A stretch of DNA of 64,000 bases from a virus (Duplodnaviria > Heunggongvirae > Uroviricota > Caudoviricetes): positions 11,201-75,200 of the IMG/VR virus record IMGVR_UViG_3300037504_000227; one strand, written 5' to 3'. Both the position numbers and the translations under genes were made by a program. The first letter of the stretch is position 1; each line of letters starts with the position of its first letter. Positions 9,446-18,990 of the stretch are shown one piece after another. The notes beneath the pieces were generated by a model, which was not told where the DNA came from, ran no database searches, and saw nothing but the letters and a program-made list of their open reading frames with translations.

Positions 9446-9694
9446 ATGGAGAAAGTAGAAGAATTCTTCGCTGGGATTTTCAGCATCATCTTTGGTGTAA
9501 ACTGCGGGTGTATCGTCCTGATCGGAATCTTCAACCTAGCTCTCGGGGGGTGGTCTGTAAATTACCTGATCCACTTCTTCACCAACGATAAGATTCCCTT
9601 CCTGGCCGCAGCGCTGATTGGCTTGTTCGCTGGGGAATTGTCTATCCCTGGCGCGATTATCGTGGCGATTCTTAGAATGTTTGGAGTAGTTTAA
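9446..9694 (+). CDS. small membrane protein (holin-like topology)
   Basis: two hydrophobic helices; AAGGAGG RBS. Confidence 0.4.
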   Translation: MEKVEEFFAGIFSIIFGVNCGCIVLIGIFNLALGGWSVNYLIHFFTNDKIPFLAAALIGLFAGELSIPGAIIVAILRMFGVV

Positions 9695-9704
9695 AGGAGA
9701 ACAT

Positions 9705-10058
9705 ATGAACACTAACGTATTGGTTTTGACGGGGCGTCTCGGTCGAGATCCTGAGCTTCGGTACACTGGAGAAGGAACAGCAATCTGCAACTTCTCAATC
9801 GCAGTAAATCGTTATGGCGACAAGCCAGCGATGTGGGTTAAGGTAGGCGCGTGGGGTAAGCTTGGCGAACGATGCAATCAGTATCTCCGCAAGGGGAGCC
9901 TGGTCACTGCGTCTGGACGCCTTGAGCCTTCCGGGGCCTGGATCAAGGACGAAGAGGCGCGATCCAGTAACGAGATGACCGCCCTTAATGTTGAGTTCCT
10001 GGCTGACTGGGGCGACAACACCGAGGATGTTCCTGTCGAGGAAGAGATCCCCTTCTAG
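9705..10058 (+). CDS. ssb: single-stranded DNA-binding protein
   Basis: OB-fold N-terminus (VLTGRLGRDPELRYTGEGTAICNFSIAVN) and acidic C-terminal tail EEEIPF. Confidence 0.8.
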   Translation: MNTNVLVLTGRLGRDPELRYTGEGTAICNFSIAVNRYGDKPAMWVKVGAWGKLGERCNQYLRKGSLVTASGRLEPSGAWIKDEEARSSNEMTALNVEFLADWGDNTEDVPVEEEIPF

Positions 10059-10282
10059 TGAAGTGTCAAAATGGATTTGTTCGGACTAGACCTGTGGCGT
10101 GGAAGTATATCCCGCCGCAGGAAGGGGATCAGTATTGGGTGATTAACGGGCGTCTAATGACGGTGTGTTTGTTCTGCGAGGCGTCCGTTAATTGCCCTCC
10201 CTTAAGCTTGGAAGAATTGAGAAAGGAGGTCGAGAGCGATGCATATTCACACAAAAGCAAGAGAAGGCAAGCAATTAATTGA
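10058..10282 (+). CDS. hypothetical protein
   Basis: ORF. Confidence 0.35.
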   Translation: MKCQNGFVRTRPVAWKYIPPQEGDQYWVINGRLMTVCLFCEASVNCPPLSLEELRKEVESDAYSHKSKRRQAIN

Positions 10283-10502
10283 CGAAGTTCTAGAGGATGC
10301 CAAAAGTCTACAGATTGCACTGACAGATCTTCTTAGAGCCTCGCCAACCATCAATCACCCTGGAGGGAAAATCAGACACGTTTTGGTCACATACGAAGAC
10401 GAAAGCACACAAATGATCTTTGGGGATGTAGTCGAGAATGCTGTATATGAGGCAGACAGACGACTAAACAGTTTGTTTCACAAATACTGGAGGACGCCAT
10501 GA
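10239..10502 (+). CDS. hypothetical protein
   Basis: GAAAGGAGG RBS. Confidence 0.4.
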   Translation: MHIHTKAREGKQLIDEVLEDAKSLQIALTDLLRASPTINHPGGKIRHVLVTYEDESTQMIFGDVVENAVYEADRRLNSLFHKYWRTP

Positions 10503-10681
10503 GATTTCTTAAGACAGAGGAGCGCCACGCCACGATGCCCGAAGACAGAATCAAGCCCAAGTCGAACGATCAACTGGCATTGATGACCGATACGAGCCTG
10601 TTGTGAGGGTCAAGTCATGAAACACTACAAGTTCTTAACTGCTGACAACAAAGGCCCATTCTCCGGCATTGAAGGTGGACC

Positions 10682-10978
10682 ATGAACATTCCTGAAGTGG
10701 CTGACAAGCACGCAACAGAATACATCCTTGACCATACGATGTTTCGCTCAGATGGCAAGGCACACCGCGCATTAGTGAAAGCATTTGCGCGTATCATCAG
10801 AAAAACTCTACAGGAAGCCTGCAAGGCCCAATGCCCTCATTGCGCCGATGGAATCCCAGCCTACACTCTCCCAAAGTCTCCCCTCTACTTCCATAACAAG
10901 GAGCGTCAATCCCACTCAGATTGTCTCAGGGAAGTGTGTGAAGCCAGCGGGATAAGGAGGATGATGGATGGGACGTGA
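10682..10978 (+). CDS. hypothetical protein
   Basis: ORF. Confidence 0.35.
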   Translation: MNIPEVADKHATEYILDHTMFRSDGKAHRALVKAFARIIRKTLQEACKAQCPHCADGIPAYTLPKSPLYFHNKERQSHSDCLREVCEASGIRRMMDGT

Positions 10979-11474
10979 ACTAGACAGAAAGATCGCAGAG
11001 GCCCAAGGGTATACAGTGCATATGCTTCACTGCTGGCACGACCCGGAAAATGGCAACCTGCTCATAGAGCACAACCAGAAAGACCCAACAGGCAATTACT
11101 ACGCCGGCATGCATCCGTGCTACATCGCTGGATGTATATGTTCGTTTGTTGAGCCTCTCCCGGAAGACTCAATTGTCAATGGGCACTTTATAGGATGCTA
11201 CGATGTGGTTCCTAGATACTCCACCAGGATTCAGGACGCATGGGAGCTAAACGAAGAGGGGTGGGAATGGGTATTCCAAGAAAGTGGTGGTTGCCTCACT
11301 GTTGCTATCTCCATACCTGGACAAGTCTGGCAATCCATCGTTAGGGTTAACTGGCAAGACTACGCAGAAACATACGCCTTGGCGCGGTCAAGGGCTTACT
11401 TGAAAGCAAAAGAGGCTGTCGGCAAAGGGATAAGGATTTTCCTAAAAGGAGTAAGCGATGATCAATCCAAGTGA
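10968..11474 (+). CDS. hypothetical protein (Cys/His-rich)
   Basis: ORF. Confidence 0.4.
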   Translation: MGRELDRKIAEAQGYTVHMLHCWHDPENGNLLIEHNQKDPTGNYYAGMHPCYIAGCICSFVEPLPEDSIVNGHFIGCYDVVPRYSTRIQDAWELNEEGWEWVFQESGGCLTVAISIPGQVWQSIVRVNWQDYAETYALARSRAYLKAKEAVGKGIRIFLKGVSDDQSK

Positions 11475-11709
11475 GTGGCGCAACGCCATCAAGAGCACAA
11501 TGACCAAGGTTCGGGCCAGAGAATCATACACCACACTAACTAGAACTAGCACCTTGATGGCTACCCTATGGGCACTGGAAGCAATGGTGGACGAGGTAGA
11601 CGCGCTTCAACAAGAGAATCGCAACCTCAGACAGAGGATTGCCTGGATGGAGGAACTCCATGACTGTGATGCTGTGTCTGCTGTTCATGATAATTGTCAT
11701 ACTGATTAG
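11458..11709 (+). CDS. hypothetical protein (C-terminal coiled coil)
   Basis: ORF. Confidence 0.35.
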   Translation: MINPSEWRNAIKSTMTKVRARESYTTLTRTSTLMATLWALEAMVDEVDALQQENRNLRQRIAWMEELHDCDAVSAVHDNCHTD

Positions 11710-11718
11710 GAGAAGAAA

Positions 11719-12399
11719 ATGAAAAACTGGAAAACGCCTGTACTACTATTATTGACTGTAATCGCTTGCGCGATAATGTTTTGCGCATGCAGTTGTCTCG
11801 TCCTCCCCATTCTGTTCCCCTCTGCTACATACGAGTCATCCCCCGCTGTCACATCCACGCCTACCCTGCAACTCTCAACAAACACACCCCGTCCAACCAA
11901 TACCCCTAGACCAACGGCTACTGCTACGCCTGCCCCCGAAGCTGGAAGCAAAGAAAATCCATATGTGATTGGCGAAAGCGCTAGTCTAACCAAGAACGGG
12001 ACTATAGAGTTTACACTAAGCGTAGAAGAGGTGATTAGAGGAAGCGGCGCTCTTGATGTGATCATGCAGGCGAACCAATTCAACGATCCAGCACCCGAAG
12101 GGTTTGAGTGGGTGCTAGCGCGAATCCAAATAAACTACACTGGCGAAGACCAAGGGATGTTAGAAATATCAAAGCAAAACTTCGCTGTTGTAACCAATGG
12201 ACGTATAATCCACTACGACGACACCTTTATCTATAGCCCATGCTGTATAGAGCCGGATCTAGAACTAAGTTTGATGCCGGGAGGAACAGGGAGTGGCTGG
12301 ATTTCTGTTCCTGTAGTAATTGACGATCAATCCCCTCTGTTAGCCATCGGCCTGAGAGATAACGGAACTGGCGGAATCTTCTTTTCGCTAACACAATAA
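11719..12399 (+). CDS. secreted lipoprotein, DUF4352-like fold
   Basis: signal peptide with lipobox-like CACSC, Pro/Thr-rich linker (TPRPTNTPRPTATATPAP), ENPYVIGE motif typical of DUF4352. Confidence 0.5.
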   Translation: MKNWKTPVLLLLTVIACAIMFCACSCLVLPILFPSATYESSPAVTSTPTLQLSTNTPRPTNTPRPTATATPAPEAGSKENPYVIGESASLTKNGTIEFTLSVEEVIRGSGALDVIMQANQFNDPAPEGFEWVLARIQINYTGEDQGMLEISKQNFAVVTNGRIIHYDDTFIYSPCCIEPDLELSLMPGGTGSGWISVPVVIDDQSPLLAIGLRDNGTGGIFFSLTQ

Positions 12400-12427
12400 A
12401 ACTTTAAGCTTCATGGACGTGAAAGGT

Positions 12428-12456
12428 TTGCGCAGGTTGCGGATGTGTGGTACAAT
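12428..12456 (+). promoter_or_regulatory. promoter TTGCGC-17-TACAAT with extended TGTGG
   Basis: precedes ~160-nt structured leader. Confidence 0.4.
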
Positions 12457-12623
12457 GCGCTTGACGGTGAAAAACAATAAACCGTCCTGTCCTGGCAAGA
12501 CTGAAGGCACGCAATGAGAAAGGCGCTTTTTGTGAGCGCCGTTGCGCCGGAACCCTGCGTGTCGGGAACTTGCCAGCGGCCAGCGGTGTTCACAGAAGGC
12601 GCTTTTTGCATAGAGAGGAAAGC

Positions 12624-13157
12624 ATGAGCAAGCTGCTAATTGATACCATTTTTGTAGTATCGGAACAAACTATAGTTGATGACGATGGATTTAAGTCCAC
12701 TATGCCCGCCATAAAGAATTGCAACGGGCTTATAATTGACTGGGATAGTATACAGCGCATAATCGAATCTGTCGCCCCGTTCTACCGCGAGGTGAGCAGA
12801 GAGGAAATAGATAGACACAATGAAGCGGTGATGGAGTCGATGGGCGCTCCAAGATTTAATGATCGGGCAGAGGTCGAGAAAGATAAATCGGGATACGTTT
12901 ATGTCGTTGGAAATCATGACGAGGGGTTGTACAAGATTGGGATGACGACACGGACGCCATCGGAGCGGGTGTTAGAGTTCAGTCCAAAGCTTCCTTTTGA
13001 GTGCGAGATCATGGCGACGATAAGAACGATGGATGCACGCTCACTAGAAAGAGAGATACATGATTTATATAAGCACAAGAGAGAAAACGGGGAGTGGTTT
13101 AGACTAGAAGAAGCAGACATTGATGATTTAATAGCCGCCGATTGGAGTTCAAAATGA
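12624..13157 (+). CDS. T5orf172 (GIY-YIG-like) domain protein
   Basis: GYVYVVGNHDEGLYKIGMTTRTPSERVLEFS motif. Confidence 0.55.
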   Translation: MSKLLIDTIFVVSEQTIVDDDGFKSTMPAIKNCNGLIIDWDSIQRIIESVAPFYREVSREEIDRHNEAVMESMGAPRFNDRAEVEKDKSGYVYVVGNHDEGLYKIGMTTRTPSERVLEFSPKLPFECEIMATIRTMDARSLEREIHDLYKHKRENGEWFRLEEADIDDLIAADWSSK

Positions 13158-14185
13158 CCACCAAAGCAACCGGCTGGACATTCTCGCAGGTTCCGATCTG
13201 GCTTCTATGCAACCACGATATCAGCGACGGCGCAAAAGTACTGTTCGCGTACCTCAAATATCGCCAAGGCACCGACGCAGCATGCTGGCCGTCCAGAGAG
13301 ACTATTGCAAGCGACATTGGGATTGCGCAATCGACTGTGACACGACGACTAAAAGAGTTAGAGGACGCAGGTTACATCAAACGGCACTTCAGGGATGGCA
13401 CATCAACACTCTACGAGATGATAGCAGATCCCCCCGGAGAGCAAGAGCGATGGGCCAAAATGATGAATGATCGCCAGAGGGCAAAGCAAGGTCGCAATTC
13501 TATACCCTGCTCAAAAACGATCAGACCCCCTGCTCAAAAACGATCAGACCCCCTGCTCAAAAATGATCAGCATGACGATAGTCATGAACGAGAATCAAAG
13601 AACGACACTTCCGCTGACGCGGAAAATTCAGGGAAAGAGGAAAAGACTGGCGATGATTTATTAGATGAATTCGGCATACAACCTGCCTTCCCTGAAAACA
13701 GAAAGAAGCAATCTAGTATAGATTATACAGACAAAGAAGCAAGAGATCGCAGATTGCTTGAGGCAACTGTAAGTTTCGCTCAGAAGCACATGGACGGTCC
13801 TGTTCCGCACCCGTGGTCAGAGTGGGGGCAGACATCCGACACTGTGAAGGACTATCTGGAACGTGTTTCGCCCCAGATGGCACACAAGATGCTTGAGGCT
13901 GGATACAAGCTTGAGATGCAGATGATGTTTGAGGTTCCGTGGGGCGACAAGAGCAAGCTTAAGTCCTGGATGCACGGGTTGAAAGTGTGTCTAGAGAAAC
14001 AGGGTGCTACACCGAATACACTCATCGAGGCAGCGAGGCTGCTTGTAACTAGAGATATGATAGTCAGTGAGCCTCATCAGCTTGAGAAAACTGTTGCTGG
14101 ATTGTGTACAAAGAAACGCCTTAAGGAGAGTGGTATGAACGTTGAACCCAAGCATTCCCTCGCCCAAGACATCGACTACTCATGA
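13154..14185 (+). CDS. replication initiator-like protein with winged-helix DNA-binding domain
   Basis: HTH (IASDIGIAQSTVTRRLKELEDAGYIKR); gene carries 3 tandem 23-bp iterons; directly upstream of DnaB. Confidence 0.55.
   Translation: MTTKATGWTFSQVPIWLLCNHDISDGAKVLFAYLKYRQGTDAACWPSRETIASDIGIAQSTVTRRLKELEDAGYIKRHFRDGTSTLYEMIADPPGEQERWAKMMNDRQRAKQGRNSIPCSKTIRPPAQKRSDPLLKNDQHDDSHERESKNDTSADAENSGKEEKTGDDLLDEFGIQPAFPENRKKQSSIDYTDKEARDRRLLEATVSFAQKHMDGPVPHPWSEWGQTSDTVKDYLERVSPQMAHKMLEAGYKLEMQMMFEVPWGDKSKLKSWMHGLKVCLEKQGATPNTLIEAARLLVTRDMIVSEPHQLEKTVAGLCTKKRLKESGMNVEPKHSLAQDIDYS
13505..13573. repeat. 3 tandem 23-bp direct repeats (CCCTGCTCAAAAACGATCAGACC), candidate origin iterons
   Basis: exact x2 plus a degenerate third copy, inside the initiator gene. 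Confidence 0.6.
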
Positions 14186-15489
14186 CAGATCTTATCCCAA
14201 TTGAGGCCGAGATGGGCGTTATCGGTGGAATGACCATCGACAACGAAGTGGTACACAAGGTTGCCCTCCACGTAGACCCGGAAGATTTCGGTCTGACGAA
14301 GCATCAAGAGATTGTCTGTGCTATCTTCAATCTCAGCAGGCGTGGAGATCCGGTTGACTTCCTGACCATCACTGCTGAGCTTGACACTTTAGGGAACGAC
14401 GATAACTACGCTGCGTACATTTCCAAATGCATAAACTCTGTTCCGAGTGCGTTAAACGCTGAGAGCTATGCGCAAACTGTGGCTCAGAAGGCAGAAGAGC
14501 GGAGGATGGAACGGGCTGCTGGGGAGATTGCGAAATTGGCACACGCCCCCCTGCCCATCGAGGACAAGAGGGAGAAGTCCAGGCAGATTCTCCAGCAAGT
14601 CCACAGTCGCAAGGGAACTGGCGCAGTAACAGCAAGGCAAGCGATGGAGGACATTTCTGCCCGTGTAGCCGAATGGGCAGAGAGTCCTCTTGGTCCTGGA
14701 GAAGTCAGGGGATACTCAACTGGACTCAGGGATCTTGACACGCTGATGGATGGGCTAGGTATAGGATTGTATCTGATTGCCGCCGCACAGCACGTTGGGA
14801 AGTCCGCCTTTTGCCACCAATTATCTGTCAATATCGCAGATCAGGGAGGGCGCATCCTTGTATTCACGATGGAGGACAGTAGAGAACAGGTTGCGATGCG
14901 ATGGGCCTGTAATTTAGCAAAGGTTGATATGAAGCAAGTGAGACGCGGATTGCAGGGGGATGATTATGCCCGATTCGTTCGTGCTCAGGGAAGGATTGCC
15001 GAGTGGAATGCGGAGATTGTCGAGGGACACGTACCATTGCCTCAGTTGCACGCAGAGATTGTAGGGAGAGCCAACACAGGCCCGCTGGATCTGGTGGTGG
15101 TAGACAACCTTGAGATCGCTTCCAAGAACGCCAGGGGCAACAAGGAGTATGTAAGGCTTCGTAGTGGTGCCTATGGGCTCCTGGGGGCGGCAAACGCTGG
15201 CAAGTTACCTCTGCTAACCACAATGCAGATTGGGGTTAAGAAGCTAGAGAATCGCCCCAACAAAGAGCCAGAGATGGGAGACATTTATGGGAGTGACGGC
15301 CCTGGGCACGCTGCAAGTGCTGTGTGGTTGCTTCATCGTGATGACAGGTGGACGTTCGATGAGAGTAAGAAGAATCACATTATGAAACTTGCGTGTTGGA
15401 AGGATAAGGTATATCATTCAGGTACAGGGAAGGGTCGAGAGTTTGTCTTTGGTCCGCAAGGTCAGGTTTGGGATAAGGCGAGGGAGTGA
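14182..15489 (+). CDS. dnaB: DnaB-family replicative helicase
   Basis: DnaB N-terminal domain plus RecA-like core with Walker A (AAAQHVGKSAF). Confidence 0.7.
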   Translation: MTDLIPIEAEMGVIGGMTIDNEVVHKVALHVDPEDFGLTKHQEIVCAIFNLSRRGDPVDFLTITAELDTLGNDDNYAAYISKCINSVPSALNAESYAQTVAQKAEERRMERAAGEIAKLAHAPLPIEDKREKSRQILQQVHSRKGTGAVTARQAMEDISARVAEWAESPLGPGEVRGYSTGLRDLDTLMDGLGIGLYLIAAAQHVGKSAFCHQLSVNIADQGGRILVFTMEDSREQVAMRWACNLAKVDMKQVRRGLQGDDYARFVRAQGRIAEWNAEIVEGHVPLPQLHAEIVGRANTGPLDLVVVDNLEIASKNARGNKEYVRLRSGAYGLLGAANAGKLPLLTTMQIGVKKLENRPNKEPEMGDIYGSDGPGHAASAVWLLHRDDRWTFDESKKNHIMKLACWKDKVYHSGTGKGREFVFGPQGQVWDKARE

Positions 15490-15839
15490 TGTTCAAGGTG
15501 ATCGTCGCTGGCAGTCGATCCTTCAATGACTACGAACACCTAGAGAAAACTCTAGACACCCTTCTTCAAAATAAGAAGTTCGTTGAGATTCTAAGCGGTG
15601 GCGCTGATGGCGCAGACAAGCTTGGAGAGCAATACGCAAAGACTCACGGCCACATATTAACCGTTGTCCCTGCCCAATGGAGCAAGCACGGCAAATCTGC
15701 TGGTCCTATCAGAAACAAAAGGATGGCAAGCATGGCCGAAGCACTGGTCGCGTTTTGGGATGGGGAATCGAAGGGAACGAAGAGCATGCTCGAAGAGGCG
15801 CGTAAAGCAGGTTTAGAGATCAGGGAGGTGCGAGTGTGA
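15486..15839 (+). CDS. SLOG/DUF2493-family Rossmann protein
   Basis: VIVAGSRSF ... SGGADGADKLGEQYA signature. Confidence 0.5.
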   Translation: MMFKVIVAGSRSFNDYEHLEKTLDTLLQNKKFVEILSGGADGADKLGEQYAKTHGHILTVVPAQWSKHGKSAGPIRNKRMASMAEALVAFWDGESKGTKSMLEEARKAGLEIREVRV

Positions 15840-16018
15840 ACAACTGCATCGTCATAGAGCAGACAATCGTCACGGACCACGAAGTAACGCGGGAAGAGGT
15901 TGACGAGCTGTGTACTGCTTTCCTGGAAATGGTGTCAGATTTCGGGTGCCAGACTGGCGGCACGTTCAAGATCGTCTCTGAGTTTGACAACGAAGAAGTG
16001 GCGAGGCTTGCGATATGA
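15836..16018 (+). CDS. hypothetical protein
   Basis: ORF. Confidence 0.3.
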   Translation: MNNCIVIEQTIVTDHEVTREEVDELCTAFLEMVSDFGCQTGGTFKIVSEFDNEEVARLAI

Positions 16019-16614
16019 AATACGAAGTAGTGGATGTGCCAGCGAAAATCATAGAGATCAACCACCCCCTATCTGCAGAGGGATTCAAGATCCTACAGGA
16101 AAGTGACGATTTCGTTTCGGGCAACCGCTATCGCTACAAAGTCTGGACGCCTGGATACACGATGCGTGTTGCTCCCACACTCACCAAGGTCCACGAATGG
16201 CTTTGGGGAGACTGGGGGCCGATGTATATCACCTGGAAAGAGGGTCTATTGTGCCCCTTCCACGACAGCGTTGGGACACGTAACATTCGGTGCCTGGAAG
16301 GAAACTGCCACAGACGAACCTTCACTGACATCACGCAACAGTACGTGAGGCATCTAGACGAAGATTCACAGCGCCGCCTAATAGGAAGGGTTGTGTGTTA
16401 CGACTGGGCGCATTTGCTGACATTGGCACTTTACGACATTCCGTTTGACTGGCAGTTGAGCCTCCCTGATGACCCTCAGTTGGTTGTGATCAAGCTGTTG
16501 CGTAGGGTGTACAAGGAGAGTGGATATGAGGATTGGTGGCACGAATTGAAGCGCAGGAAGCGTGGGAAGCCACGGAGTGAGTGGCTAAGGAGGGTTAAAG
16601 TTAATGTTGCCTAA
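16015..16614 (+). CDS. hypothetical protein
   Basis: ORF. Confidence 0.4.
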   Translation: MKYEVVDVPAKIIEINHPLSAEGFKILQESDDFVSGNRYRYKVWTPGYTMRVAPTLTKVHEWLWGDWGPMYITWKEGLLCPFHDSVGTRNIRCLEGNCHRRTFTDITQQYVRHLDEDSQRRLIGRVVCYDWAHLLTLALYDIPFDWQLSLPDDPQLVVIKLLRRVYKESGYEDWWHELKRRKRGKPRSEWLRRVKVNVA

Positions 16615-16984
16615 TGCACCGACGAGAATGTGGGAGCCAGACGATCACACCAAGCTTGGGGGATGGGTAGCATTAGCTGGCAGAGATCCTAGTGAAGTGT
16701 TTGGCGTCCGAGGGGTTAACCATCCGTGGGTTGGCCTAGAGATCTCGTTTCCCTTCGAGGGATTCGGGAATGGCAAAATCGTCAAGTGTCTCACTCATCC
16801 GAAAGGGCAGTTCATGTTCGATGTGGAGTGGGACAAGCCAGTTCCTCCTGTCCACTACAACTTGAGAGATGGATACCACGCCCCATTTGACAGGGACGAA
16901 ACATACTATTCGAGTATTCAGAGGTATATGGCAAACAAGCTGATCAGGATTCTTGGAATGGAGGAAGTCAGTGAAGACGTATAA
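16604..16984 (+). CDS. hypothetical protein
   Basis: ORF. Confidence 0.4.
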   Translation: MLPNAPTRMWEPDDHTKLGGWVALAGRDPSEVFGVRGVNHPWVGLEISFPFEGFGNGKIVKCLTHPKGQFMFDVEWDKPVPPVHYNLRDGYHAPFDRDETYYSSIQRYMANKLIRILGMEEVSEDV

Positions 16985-17139
16985 CTTTGTCCTATCTGTC
17001 AAGGAGCGAAAAGACGAATTCTGGGAGTCAGATCCCACTCCCGGGATAATCGAGATGTGGATCAAAGAAATTCTCAGACTTGGTGATATGCTTGAAGGGT
17101 TCGACTATGATTTGGAGTTTATCGGAAAGGAGACACAAG

Positions 17140-17454
17140 ATGAATGACTGGAAGACTAATCTGCAACAAAAGCAAAAATTGCGCTCTGGACCCAGGGTGA
17201 GTTCGCCTTTGGCGAAGGCGGCACCGGCGCAGTTGGTGCCTAGCCGAAGCTTTCACCCCATGAAAGTAGACAGTTCGCCTAGATTAAACTTGTCAATCAA
17301 ACAATCGAGAGAAAGCGCACAATCTTTAGTTGCTCTACTCGGTGTCACTGGTGCGTTTGTCATGGGAGTGATTGGGCTTACAATGATCTATGTTGGGATG
17401 CAACAATATCTAAGCATGGTAACGTTTATGTCATTCTTGGCTTGGTTGCGATGA
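17140..17454 (+). CDS. membrane protein
   Basis: AAAGGAG RBS, ATG at 17140; C-terminal TM helices. Confidence 0.4.
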   Translation: MNDWKTNLQQKQKLRSGPRVSSPLAKAAPAQLVPSRSFHPMKVDSSPRLNLSIKQSRESAQSLVALLGVTGAFVMGVIGLTMIYVGMQQYLSMVTFMSFLAWLR

Positions 17455-17960
17455 GTACAATCCAAGTAGCAAGCCGAGGAGACATTGCACAACTTCAGCA
17501 TATACACCAATGTATGTTTTGTCCGCCTGTTCCTCAAGACACTGTGGTTAGTCTATCCGAGTATCGGTTAAAGCCTCTGGTTAAGAAAAAGGCTCAGGCT
17601 ACTGCATCGGCAATGATTGAGGCTGCGTTGGGCAAGGCTGTTTTGAAGGAGTCATGTGGGCGCGTTATCACCATCGACGTAGAGCCACAGGCGCTTCCTA
17701 AGCGTCCATCGGTAGACCCTCCCATCCCTGTCGTGTTGACCAATATGGGAATGTGGTACGATCTTGCTGTTCGTCAGTACGTCCGACACATCCTTACGCC
17801 AGTTGGTCACAATTGGGGTCCGTGGTATCGCAGGGCTCGACGGCGTCTTTCGCGATGCCTATCTGTTATTCCAGGAGATCGCCTGACAAACGTAGAGTAC
17901 GAGTATTTAGTTGTGATGCTTGATCACTTGGGAGCAAATTACCGTGGACAAATTGCGTAG
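17442..17960 (+). CDS. hypothetical protein
   Basis: ORF. Confidence 0.4.
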   Translation: MVAMSTIQVASRGDIAQLQHIHQCMFCPPVPQDTVVSLSEYRLKPLVKKKAQATASAMIEAALGKAVLKESCGRVITIDVEPQALPKRPSVDPPIPVVLTNMGMWYDLAVRQYVRHILTPVGHNWGPWYRRARRRLSRCLSVIPGDRLTNVEYEYLVVMLDHLGANYRGQIA

Positions 17961-18050
17961 TGTACAGCTACTTGTGATCGAACTTTTCGACCGTGTGAAT
18001 CTAGGGGGAATCTCGCCTCGCATAATAGGTGTAGTTAGCATGTTGCTGAT

Positions 18051-18698
18051 ATGGATTATCGTGACAGTGGCCTGTCTGGTTGCTGGATGGGAGGCAATGT
18101 GAACGTTGAATTGTTAGCGTATACGAAGATGGTTGACGGAAGAGGCCCAGAGGCGCTACTTGCACATTCAGGAAGGGTGTGTTATAATAGTCAAGGTAGC
18201 AACGATGCTGGTTTCTTACAGGCTAGGATCAGAGAGGGGCACGAATCACTGATTGAACATGCAAGTTTCACCTTTGAGATCAGTGGGATCTCTCGATCTT
18301 GCTCACATCAGATCGTTCGGCATCGCTTGGCCTCTTATTCGCAAAGGTCGATGCGATATGTTCTCCACGACCAAGCAGGAGCGGTTGTTCCTCAAACTGT
18401 GATGGACAACAAGGCAATGTCTGAGTACACTATGGGTGTTGCCGCAGCGCAAGATGTGTACGAGAAGCTGCTTGAGATGGGTGTTCCGAAAGAAGATGCG
18501 CGATTTGTTCTGCCTATCGGAACAATGACTCGACTGGTAATAACGATGAACTGTCGTAGTCTACGTCACTTATTTAAGGTTAGAATTTCCAAGCACGCAC
18601 AGTGGGAGATCCGGGACGTTGCCAAAGAAATGCTGAGGCAGTGTCTAGAGGTTGCGCCGAATGCGTTTGGGGATTTTGAGGAGCTGCTCGATGTTTAA
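18051..18698 (+). CDS. thyX: FAD-dependent thymidylate synthase ThyX (true start possibly GTG ~18100)
   Basis: ThyX signature RHRLASYSQRSMRY (RHRxxxxSxxSxRY). Confidence 0.75.
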   Translation: MDYRDSGLSGCWMGGNVNVELLAYTKMVDGRGPEALLAHSGRVCYNSQGSNDAGFLQARIREGHESLIEHASFTFEISGISRSCSHQIVRHRLASYSQRSMRYVLHDQAGAVVPQTVMDNKAMSEYTMGVAAAQDVYEKLLEMGVPKEDARFVLPIGTMTRLVITMNCRSLRHLFKVRISKHAQWEIRDVAKEMLRQCLEVAPNAFGDFEELLDV

Positions 18699-18990
18699 CA
18701 AGGATAGGATTGAAAAACTGGAAAGGCTTGTTGACCTTCAGGCGGGAGACATAAAAGACTTGCGGCGAGAGGTTAGGCGACTAGAAGATGCATTAGAGAA
18801 GACCAGTGTCATCTGGGTGGAAGAAGATATGAGATTCCGATCTTTTGACAAGAGGTACGACGTTGGTATCATTGCTCGTATTGTTCATCAGTTAGTAGAG
18901 GCGACAGGGTACAAGGTGGTATACAGAAAAGATATTCCACCAGTCGATTTGGTCAGGGTATATGCTCAAGACGAAACAGACGATCCATAA
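18691..18990 (+). CDS. hypothetical coiled-coil protein
   Basis: ATG overlaps thyX stop. Confidence 0.35.
   Translation: MFNKDRIEKLERLVDLQAGDIKDLRREVRRLEDALEKTSVIWVEEDMRFRSFDKRYDVGIIARIVHQLVEATGYKVVYRKDIPPVDLVRVYAQDETDDP

Noticed and set aside
13505-13573. Tandem repeats considered as a mini-CRISPR or satellite
   Set aside because: Only three contiguous copies with no spacers, inside a replication initiator gene; iterons fit better.
18051-18102. Separate 60-aa ORF 17920-18102 versus the thyX N-terminus
   Set aside because: It overlaps the thyX upstream region; the ThyX core begins near VNVELLAYTKMVDG, so one of the two is probably spurious and exact starts are uncertain.
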